In this document: positions 11,352 through 21,421 of the stretch, in pieces
Numbering within the stretch: position 1 is the stretch's first letter
Layout: every line of letters starts with the position of its first letter
NCBI RefSeq assembly: GCF_947568905.1
Contig: NC_079164.1
Span: forward strand, 34,100,001 to 34,164,000
DNA length: 64,000 nt
Source of the DNA: Ostrea edulis
Lineage: Eukaryota
Reading direction: 5' to 3'
Position numbers and translations under genes: made by a program
The notes under the pieces: generated by a model
Told to the model about the DNA's origin: nothing
The model's input: only the letters and a program-made list of their open reading frames with translations
Databases searched by the model: none

Positions 11352-11507
11352 CTCCTGTTTCGTTGACAACAGTTCCACCAAGTGAAGCCCAGGAGCTGGA
11401 CTTTGGTTGTCAGAGGCTTTAGTCTTGCGCGTGCCGTAAGGAGTATTTAATAAGTACTGGGAGCTTATCCCCAGCACCACCCCTACGCATAACAACCTTC
11501 TGGAACC
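11352..11507 (-). ncRNA. HDV-like (nested double pseudoknot) ribozyme fold at the RTE 5' end; this copy probably degenerate
   Basis: P1 GGTTCC(A) 11507-11501 pairs with (T)GGAACT 11377-11371, with G1-U wobble. P2 CTCCTG 11395-11390 pairs with CAGGAG 11357-11352. L3 TTCACTT (human CPEB3 ribozyme has UUCACGU). J4/2 CGAAA with the candidate catalytic C at 11362. Confidence 0.72.
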
Positions 11508-12199
11508 CCATAGAGAGCATGATCAATTTTAAAACCTACGTAGGTTACTGACAACTAAGATAATTTATCAGCATTTCGCAAATTCTTTGATCGTTATAAT
11601 GATCTAGTTTGCCAGTATAACTTATCATTGGGTCAAGTGCTGTCTGACGTGTTTCATACCGATTGTTACATGTAGGCCGTTCTTGGCACACTGCCTGGTA
11701 AAAATATAGGGATTATGGCGGAGATGACCGGTCGACATGCGATGCTTACTCCTTCTAGGCACTTGATCCCACCTCTGGTATTCCCGGGGATCCGTGTTTC
11801 CCTACTCTTAATTTTGTATTCTTTATAGAAGTTATAAGATTGATCACTGTTCGTTATCTTAACTTTTTAGACTAGGTGTTTTAGAACATATTTCAATCGG
11901 AAAAGATGTTTAGATTCATCATAGCGTTACTGTTCATTTTCTCACCAGAGGGCGCTTTACGCAAGCTTCACTTACGCCTCTGTAAACACTTTGAATCACG
12001 TGACAATATAATCACATGATATAAACAGTCATTATCGTTTCCTTTCCCTTTAAAAGTTCTGGCAACAGGTAATACACCAAGCTCTTTTCATAGACCACTG
12101 GCACTTTGCTATGCACATTTTTACCATTTAGCTGTTTGTCTCTTATTTTACAAGTTTTATCGTATTTTTTACTGCCTCTCTTGCTCTACTATGTGACTG

Positions 12200-12510
12200 A
12201 TCTCTTACGCTAGAGAGATACTTCTTTCTCTTTGAGAGATATCTCTCTAGCTTTAAGATATATCTCTCAAAGGGAAAGAGATATCTCCCTAGCGTAAAGA
12301 GATATCTCTTTTGTTTAAAGAGATATCTTTTTTAGTTAAAGAGATATCTCTTTTGTTTAAAGAGATATCTCCCTAGCGTAAAAAGATATCTATCTAGCTT
12401 ACAGAGATATCTCTACAACCAGTAGAGGTATCTCTCTAGTGTAAAGAGATATATCTCTTATTCAAAGAGATATCTTATTTTACGAATAAATAGTAAAAGG
12501 GCTTGCAATA
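12200..12510. repeat. Foldback-type remnant: array of 12-bp palindromes AGAGATATCTCT
   Basis: More than 10 AGAGATATCTCT modules; one terminal segment (...TTTTACGAATAAATAGTAAAAGGGCTTGCAATA) retained. Confidence 0.6.
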
Positions 12511-12584
12511 AGTTTTTTGCACCATTTATCGTTGAATTAAAACTCGCATCTCTAATCACAGTTGACTAGGCCCTGTGCTTTAGC

Positions 12585-12616
<32 letters not shown>

Positions 12617-12649
12617 CAACCAAAAAAAACAAAACAAAACAAAAAAACA

Positions 12650-13885
12650 AAGTCCATCATATACCGCTTTGCAAGCTGTAGTAGTTGGTTCCCATGTTTC
12701 CAGTCATGTAATAAAACAAGTATTGACAGTTTCTTCGTCAGTTCGATGCTTTAGCTAACCTCAAAGTACAATACTTGATCATCTCGCCCTTGTACTTTAA
12801 GTCTTAAATTCTGTTGTAGCTATTTAGAGCATTGCTGTGTCCTTAAAACTGTCAGTAATTTTATGATGTTGCATATAGATCCAAATGTCTGTATGAGCTT
12901 TTATATGGAATTCTGTCGTAAATTCAGTTTACTTGCAATGCCAACGAAAACCTGTGACGGATCCAGTTTGATCTACTACAACTGAATGACCGACCGCCGG
13001 TATCGACTCTTGGGTTTACGATCCCGGTATGTATGAAAAGGGGAAGATAACGAACAATGATCAATCTCGCAACTCCCAAAAGGAATACTAAATAGAAATT
13101 TGGGCTAACACGGACCCCTGGACACACTAGAGGTGGGATCAGGTGCCTAGGAGAAGTAAGCATCAACCGTCAACCGGCCACACCCGTCGTAAGCCCCACA
13201 TCTAGATCAGGCAAACAGAGTAATCCGTAGTCAGAATCAGTGTGTCAAGAACGGTCTAACAAAGTCGGACAGCATTTGACCCAATGACGGACCTTTAGAA
13301 CTACCATTAATCGCATATACGAGTACTTGTAATTCATTACAAATTTCAACTTAATTTGTAGCATAATCAATATGTATGAACTCATTTCTGTCTGTTTGCA
13401 AAGCAGAGTTAATAAACAGTGGCATGGAATAAGGTATAGCAACTTCTGATAATTTGTTACGATTAGTTTTGTCTGTCATACTTCTATTACTGAGATCTAT
13501 GATAGCATTAATTGGTGTAATGGCGTACATATAGTAGGGGTATCAGATCATATAAAGAAAAAATCTAACATGCCCCTAAGAAGGGTAGCAATTAAGTTCA
13601 GAATATGCAAATTTAGTATAGTATGATACTTTTGTCAATGGCGACTTCATCCCATGCTTTTGCAATTTTTTCTTGCTGTGAATTTGCTCTACTGAAGACT
13701 TTCAAATCACTAGTGATATCTAACTTCGCTATTGATTGCTTTGAAAATATAGTCCCCTGTAATTCAAGTTCCCCATATCCCATTTTAGCGTTAAATGTTA
13801 CAGCTGTAAGACAGAAAGACCAATGTTGCGTCATGACCCACACATGTTTTATAGTCAAACAAACATTCTGGGAGTTTTGCAAAAC
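12650..13885 (-). pseudogene. Possible decayed coding sequence of unknown identity, split by a Penelope fragment
   Basis: Stop-poor minus-strand frames; includes a 174-nt phase 1-1 exon-like block at 13803-13630 with a strong acceptor. Confidence 0.3.
13036..13290 (-). mobile_element. Penelope-like 3' UTR fragment
   Basis: Same UTR family in reverse orientation. Confidence 0.7.
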
Positions 13886-14791
13886 AATACATGTCTACTA
13901 CCGGTGCCCCCTATTCATTTGAGGGATCTCATTATATATTTGGACGAGCAGGTAAATATTATTTTTCAATACCAAGGAATGTTACAATTTCGAATCTCTC
14001 ATAAATAGATGCGGTGAATAAGACAAACTCTATTACCAATACGCAATTTTTGAGATATCAGCTCTTCTGTGATGGAGGTACGTTATGTATTCTATTGACC
14101 ACTTGGTTGGGTGCAATTGTAATTTTAATCTTAAAAGATGTATACATATACATGTATTATAGACTAGTTATGTATGTAACGACAAAGTTATGAAAGCGTG
14201 TTTTGTTTATTATTTATTTCCTTTTCTACATAAGTGATACTTTTATCAAAGAAAGATGGTGATTATCGATTTTTGCTTGAGCAATTTGCTTATTATCAAA
14301 TGCTCATAAACTTATTAAATTTGTGTTTCCTGAGAGTTCAGGTAATTGCTTGACAGCTGGTAATCATCCTGCAATATATGAACGCAGCAATAAGCATATG
14401 TACCCACCGCATGTGTTCGAAAATACATAGTTTGCGTCTCATCGTACATAAGAGTTCAACAAAGGGAAAAAACTATAAGGAAACTCGAAAATTGCGTAAA
14501 TAAATCGTGAATATAAATTCATCAAGCGCCTGTTATTAGAAGCGAACGTCACAATTTCTTGTAAACGGAGGCCCCATTCATGGTAGACGTTGGTACGACA
14601 AAAAACCGGATCTCCTTGCAACAGTCTTCAGCGTCATCCCCAGATTAAAAAAAAAAAGAACAGTGTCACTTCACCTAAAGCTGCACGATGGTGACGGTTG
14701 TAAGCGAGTGGAAAATTCTTGAATGGGATGTAAAACAAATCTTTTTATTTAATTTGTTTTATTTAGAATTATTCTTATGTTGAAATCATGT

Positions 14792-15160
14792 GGATGATTG
14801 ATTGATTGTATATTGTTTAACGTCCCTCTCGAGAATTTTTCACCCATATGGAGAGGTCAACACTGCCGGTGAAGGGCTGCAAAATTTAGACTTATGCTCG
14901 GCGCTTGCGGTCATTCATCGTCGCAAACTACGGTTTTGAGTCCACTCACGCTCCCTCATGATGGAGAGAATCGAATAGAACACCCGTGGGTAACCGACGA
15001 TGACGGTATTTGAGCAAGGAGGGATCTTTATCGTGCCACACCTGCTGTGACACGGGGCCTCGGTTTTTGCGGTTTCATCCGAAGGGTCACCCCATTTAGT
15101 CGCCTCTTACGACAAGCAAGGGGTATTGAGGATCTATTCTAAACCGGATCCCCATGGGAC
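14792..15160 (-). mobile_element. SINE family B (non-tRNA 5' module, Deu/Nin-like core), carrying an insert of about 95 bp
   Basis: GTCGTAAGAGGCGACTAAA...TTCGGATGA.ACCGCAAAAACCGAGG..., shared 3' module and (CAAT)n tail. Confidence 0.75.
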
Positions 15161-15171
15161 TAGATTTCATT

Positions 15172-15382
15172 CTTGTCGTAAGAGGCGATTAAATAGGGCA
15201 GTCCTTCGGATGAGACCGCAAAAACCGAGGTCCCATGTCACAGCAGGTGTGGCACGGCTCAAATGCCGTAAGCGCCGAGCATAAACCTAAATTTTACAAC
15301 CCTTCGCCAGCAATGGTGACATCTCCTCCATATGAGTGAAATATTCTCGAGTGGGACGTTAAACAATATACAATCAATCAAT
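15172..15382 (+). mobile_element. SINE family B, head-to-head with the previous copy
   Basis: Same core GTCCTTCGGATGAGACCGCAAAAACCGAGGTCCC; tail CAATCAATCAATC. Confidence 0.75.
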
Positions 15383-17781
15383 CTTGTAATGAATATTCTT
15401 ACATTATTCACTGATTTACAAAATTCTTTTTTACTTAGCAATTTATCGATCATGCCATTGTATTTGACCACCTAATATATGCAAAATATTTCTTTATTCG
15501 CAATTTGTTTTACAAATTCTATCTCAGCAATCTGAAAAATCCCTGCACTTTACGTGACGTCACTGAAATCACACCTGGCCATGTATATCTCAACACGAGT
15601 TTTTAAAAATAGCAATATGACATACATGTAGTTATTCGATGTTATATTCTCCAGAATCAAGCGCTAGAATGATATTTTGATTACATAGAAGATATCTGTT
15701 ATCAAAATTAATGTATCTCTAAGTTTGTATAGTGTATAATATCAATCAATTGATTTCTGGTATTTAGTTTTCTACTGAATTTAACAGGTGGTAATTAACA
15801 CAATAAATTATACACCGGGTTTTAATTTCTTTTAAATTGGAACATTTCGGTTTATACAATTCTAATTTCAATGCTCGTTTAGAAATATAACTACAAATGG
15901 CTGAATATGTTTTGTTTTCATTGTACGAAAAAGCCAGCAATATTTGAAAATCCTTTACGATGTTGATCCTTCGCAATCAAAGACATTCCGGAGTCTATCA
16001 CTGCGTTTCCCCAGCAATCGGTCCAATGGCGTCATTGGCGCTCATTAGTAACATCTCTTCAGATCTCGTTGCTTACATTGGCAGGGTTAATAAAACAGGA
16101 GCTGGTCAGGAATGCAGTTCATGTGATTGGAATGGAATGACCAGACACTGGGTTCTCATGAGTTAATATCTTTCACATGGGTGGCGCACAGGCAACCTAA
16201 AGCAAATGTAAAGATTTAATTAAATATGGAACCAGAAATTATCAGACTAGCATAAATACATCTGAATTGCTCTTAGAATTGCACAACAACGTAAATGTGT
16301 TTCAATTTATTAAGCACCACACAATAAAAACCGAAACAATAACGTTTTTTCAGGAAAACAAAACATTACCAAAGACTTGCGTTCCTGCACATAGATTTTC
16401 ATCTGTATGAGTGCAACTGATGTTTAAATTGACCACGAAAGATAAATGAAGTCATTTTGAGCCAGTGTTAGCAATGTCATTCATAATCCCGGAACGGCTA
16501 ACGCGTGAACCACGCGCGGAAACGTCTGCTCACGTGGAGAGTGGGGGAGGGATATCAAAGCCAATGAATTCATTCGATTTTCCTCGCTATCTTCAATAAA
16601 AAATTTCCGCAAGTATTCAAGGTCGTTAAACATAAAATCTTGCATTTGGACGATTTGCTCTCAAAGAGGTAAGATAAGTTTTTTCCCTAAGTTTTTTTTT
16701 TTTTTTTTTTTTTACCTTTGCTCGTTGTATTGTTTTAAAGCCAAGTGGGTGCAAAAGTTGTAAGATTGCTCTTAAACTATAAATAGACGAAACATTATCA
16801 GATTTCAACATTGCAAAGAAATGGAGAATGAAATGCATATTTCACAAATTAATCCCAGACTGACTTCAATACTACTTCTAAAAACGTTTGTGACGTCACA
16901 AATTTATCGCATACGATAAACCGTGACATGTGAATAATTTTAGGTGCAAATATAAAATAAAGAAGCCATTAAATATGTAATGTGGTCTGTCTGTAGATAA
17001 ATGGGGCTCAATAAAACGCTGGGCTCCCCCAGAAGTAGATTGTACAAACATCGATCCGTGCGATTTCCTATTAGAATCTTCGCGGGACTCACTCTTGTTA
17101 AGTGATATCATGTAAATATAGTTCTGACATATGGGCGGGAAACAATGTGGGGAACAGCGTTTCTAACACATTTCCATCGCCTCAGATAATCTGACATTAC
17201 CCAGTTATAAACCATGTTAAGTATGTCAAAAATGTGTAGTCAAATGATAGCGTTCTGATAGTGGAAGTGAATTGACTTTCCTCAGACAAATATTATGTAT
17301 CGGTTCTAAATAATTAAAAATACAACATTATGTTAGAAATGCCAAATTGCGTATGCAAAATTAGTTCCAAGTTTGAAACGACGTAATTAAGTGTCTGTAA
17401 CTTTCCTTTTGTAAAATCGGATAAAGTTTAGTTAATACTGATTATTTCAAAGTATAAACCCTTCAACCTCCTGGGGATTTTCATTGAAATGCATGTTCTC
17501 ATTACGATATAGCTTGATAAAGATGAAGCAGCTTGATAAAGGTGAAGCAGCTTAATGAAGATAAATGAACTTGGTAAAGGCGATATGCTCATTGAATGTT
17601 GCTATAAACTTTATCAACATTTTTGGCCAAAAAATAGAATATCGTTATTATCTACCTACCTATTGCTCACAATAGTATTTCGTCAAAGGAAAACTATATT
17701 TAAATGTAGACCTTATGTGCAGTTGTTGTGAAGTGATTGCTCTTCATCAAAGTTATAATTGTTAAATACGTTATGTAACTT

Positions 17782-18035
17782 GTAGCCTTGCAGTGGTTAC
17801 AACTGTGTTAAAGCACTGCTTCTCAACCAGGGGTCCCGGGTTCAATTCTCTTTCAAAACAGTGACTGATCCTTCGCCAGTGTCCGGCGTTAAATGCCACG
17901 GGTCTTTCGGACGTGACCTTAAAAAGGCCGTGAGCACCATGCAAAAGTCAAAATTTGTGGCACTTCACCATGCAAAGCTGGTGACGTATTTTTACATAAA
18001 TGAAAACTTTTCGAATGGGGTGTAACACAATATAC
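17782..18035 (+). mobile_element. Decayed tRNA-headed SINE; similar decayed copies at about 25860-26150(-), 28030-28260(-), 28900-29150(+), 36465-36735(-) and 63065-63355(-)
   Basis: CAGTGGTTA...CCGGGTTCAATTC head followed by a diverged family A body and tail. Confidence 0.55.
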
Positions 18036-19924
18036 AAACACATAAACTATATTGTCCTTTTATGCATTTCAAGAAATACAAGATTTCAATAAACCATTAA
18101 CTCCTGAGATATGCACACAACAAAATGAAGATGCAAATGAGTTGCAACATTAAAGTATATGTATAACATAAAAAAAAAATAGAGTACAATATCAAATTAC
18201 AGATACAATGTGTGATATATTGGATCTATCACGTGTCTCAAACATAAACTGGTAATTCTCCATAAAACTTATCAATCAGGAAAAGATAGCTTTGCAGATA
18301 CGAAGATAGAGTTTAAAATGTTTTATACAAAAGTTTAAAATGCTTTATGCAAAGAGAGAGGAGGGGATTATTTTAGCATGCTCATTGGTCGATAATCCAA
18401 TTAATCTGACCCTTTAAACTAAATTAGATAGTGGGCTGCAGTATAGGCAATTTTGTTTTTGAAAAACTGAAAGAGATTCATTTCTTTTCTTTTTTTTTTT
18501 TTTTAGTAATTAACAAAGACATAAGACGAACAGATAGGAGAAAGCGCATTCCACTTCCTAATCAATTTCTGTAACGAAAAGAGCAAAATATCTCTTCATT
18601 GGGTATTTTTTCATATTGTCCAGTTTTTACTTTCGCTTCATGCGCAGCTTTGTGTTAAAGGACCTACATTGAGATTTGTAACCAGTATAAGGTATGGTTC
18701 AAACCCAAAATTGAACTTTGCAAAATGTAAATGTGCTACATTTGTTTAACTTAAAACGTTCCATCATTCTATTACAAGTTATTATACTTTGAGAATTTCC
18801 CTCATGTGCAATAAACCAATCAGATGACACCGTGACATAGTATGAAATGGGTGGTGAGGTTTTACAATATCGTGTTTGGTGAGGTTTTACAATATTGTGT
18901 TCATTTGTTCTGTTGGCATGGTTAAGATAGCATCAGTGACAGAATACCATAATAAACGTTTCTGAAGATGTAGAGGTTAGCCCTAAAGCTGTACATATGT
19001 TTAACTTGAAATATTTTACCGGTGAATGTCAAATTCTTCGCATCTAAAAATGAAACAATTGCGATGAAGATCATTCTCCGTTATTTGACAGAAACCCAAT
19101 GCATGTTCTCTCCTACATTTATGACTGTTTTCTATGTTTACAGAAGCGATCGGAATCACAATATTTACACAGAAGAAAGAGTGCAGTTTACGACATTTGT
19201 TTCACTTTTTGTCATTGCACTCTGTGCCGTGTAACTTTCGCAAACGATATGGCTTTCAAGATCAATGTACCGATATTCAACCTTTAAATATTGCCCTTCC
19301 ATCTGTGCAACATTGCAATCGTTTCAGGGTGAACGGTATTCTATTTCTTTTCAAATGCTTTCACAAATTAGCACAGGATATTTCATTTGTAAGCCTGAAA
19401 AAGGTAGATGAGGTGTTTTAGTACTTGGGTGACCAATGTTTTTCAAATGAAGAAAATACGATCCCTTCGTTTAAGTGCAAATTCATGTTCATCATCTTTA
19501 ACAGTTCATCAGTGGTAGCAGGGTCTGAATAGAGGGGGATTAAACTTACTCGTTACGTTTCTGGACTTTTCTTAGGTTTCTTGTCTATGATTTATACGAT
19601 AGTTAACACACTTTTGTTCGCTCAGAGATCAAAGATGATAAAAATCTGTAGAGAGATGCACCAGCGACAGCAGACGAAGATTTAGGCGATTTTTACAATG
19701 TTTGGTTGTCCTTGAAACACTTCGTCCGTAAGATACATATGGCTATCAAATGTTAATCAATATGATTATACGGCGTTTCTTTCACATTATGAACGTTGAA
19801 AGCAAATATTTCATAGGAAAATGTGTTGATCGGTTTACTATCCGTATCGAGAGGTAATATGGAATCCATGGATAATGAAAAGAAAAACATAAACAGAGAT
19901 GGAACAAAATATTAGATTAAAGAA

Positions 19925-20145
19925 ATTTTTTTGTATACCATGTCAAGAAGTTCTGTGCATCATGTCAGAAGGTTCTGGGCATCATATCAGAAAATTCTGT
20001 GTACCATGTCAGAAAGTTATATACATCATATCAGAAAGTCCTGTGTACTTTGTCAGAAAGTTCTGTGCATCATTTCAGAAAGTTAAATTTTGTGTACCAT
20101 GTCGGAAAGTTCAGTGTACTATGTCACAAAGTTTTGTGTAAATGT
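19925..20145. repeat. Minisatellite, unit about 22 bp, about 9 degenerate copies
   Basis: TGTGTACCATGTCAGAAAGTTC. Confidence 0.75.
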
Positions 20146-20410
20146 CAGCTTCCAGCTTAGCCAGTTAGGTCAGTGGGTTGACGTGTTAGGTTGCCAAGCT
20201 GTAAATCGAGCAGGGGTTTTAATGTTTTCCAGGTTACTTTCTATCAAAACTGAAGTTTGTTTTACTAGATGATGTAAAGTCTGATGTTTTAAATTTCAAA
20301 ATGTTATTGTGCATGTCCTCCACTTTCCACTCATTTTTCTATGGTGTGATATCCCTCCTTAAGATTCGAGTTAACATTATGGTTATTGTGACGTAGGTTT
20401 AGGACCAGGG

Positions 20411-20858
20411 CCAGGTCCTTATTCACAAAATATCTTACGATTAAGTGGGAAAAAACAATTCTATCTGATAATCAAATACCGATCACAAGGTCATAAGTAT
20501 GTATTCAACTTTTACAAACCATGGATGTACTTTACATATTAATTAAGTAAGTCTACAAGAAATGAAAAATAAGGAAATTACAGTGTTTGTAAATTTTGAT
20601 CTTAGTCATAAGATAGTTTGTAAATAAGTGCCCTGGGCCCATATTCACAAAATATCTTACGACTAAGATGAAAAACATAATTATGTCTGATAATCAAATA
20701 CCGATCCCAAGGTCACAAGTATGTATTCAACTTTTATAAACCATGGGTGTACTTTACATATTAATTAAGAAAGGCTACAAGCAATGAAAAATAAGGAAAT
20801 TACCGTGTTTGTAAAATTTGATCTTAGTCGTAAGATATTTTGTGAATAGGTGCCCTGG
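20411..20858. mobile_element. Two tandem MITEs of about 220 bp each, PIF/Harbinger-like
   Basis: TIR GG(C)CC.TATTCACAAAATATCTTACGACTAAGAT on each unit; flanked and separated by CAG/CTG/CTG trinucleotides. Confidence 0.75.
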
Positions 20859-21421
20859 TCTACTATGTATTTTACGATTTGGGCGCGGATTAGCAGCAAT
20901 CCTTTGATAAAGATATATATATCAATAAAGCATATTGTCACTGTAAATACATGTACTGTATACAGCTTGGATTCGTTCCTGTTATTGCATGGACTTTTTT
21001 CAAGCAGTGTTTTTAATACTTGTTTTATATAAATGTTAAAGTTAAGTTGCAGCCACGGCAGTTTTTGGGACCGTTTCAAAACTGTAATAAGTTAACTCGA
21101 ATAAATTAACCCGGATTAACTTCGTCCACTATACTAAGTAGTTAATCCGCATCTAATTCTCAAATTGCATCTCAAAAATGAGATAAATCAACCCTGTGAA
21201 TTATAATAAACTGTCATAAAAATTCTGCAAAAAATTAAATTTATTCATTTATTTCAAATTTATCCTACATAATAAGATATTTAAGATTTTGGTAATTTCA
21301 ATAATAATACGTGTCAAAATCCAGTAGATATACTATTTAGCGCTTGTTCCAATTAATCCTCTTTGCTTTCACACTACACTAAATCCCGAGTTGTTATCCC
21401 TTTCACGCCCATAACGGGTTA

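Larger units (their letters stand above)
7970..11507 (-). mobile_element. Full-length RTE-clade non-LTR retrotransposon (APE endonuclease plus RT in one ORF), inactivated
   Basis: Minus-strand ORF fragments give the APE start (IATWNV, GIADARW, NQIDHICI) and RT motifs (NYRGIMPLSVPGKV, FVDFQKAFDS, GVRQGCLLSPFLF, DLDFADD). The ORF runs from about 10959 to the stop at 7981-7979, followed by a short TAAGCAAGTAAG tail. 14-bp TSD CCATAGAGAGCATG at 7956-7969 and 11508-11521. Confidence 0.95.
6985..11870 (+). mobile_element. Penelope-like (Naiad-type) 3' fragment split by the foldback and the RTE (pieces 6985-7032 and 11522-11870)
   Basis: The left piece encodes YGVYVFQLI*YAR; the right piece resumes in the same family sequence as 60125-60668 and ends in the shared 3' UTR. 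Confidence 0.75.

Noticed and set aside
7948-11495. Plus-strand ORFs over the RTE (for example 8175-8543, 9503-9886) and UTR ORFs
   Set aside because: Antisense shadows of the RTE coding sequence or chance ORFs in its UTR
2748-11955. CTCF-like motifs TCACCAGAGGGCG at about 2749 and 11943 as an insulator pair
   Set aside because: The first lies in a MITE terminus and the second in similar flanking sequence (...CCTCTGT), so both are probably remnants of one repeat family; binding cannot be inferred
19099-19287. C2H2 zinc-finger-like ORF (CTLCRVTFANDMAFKIN)
   Set aside because: Both histidines are missing and there is no supporting exon structure
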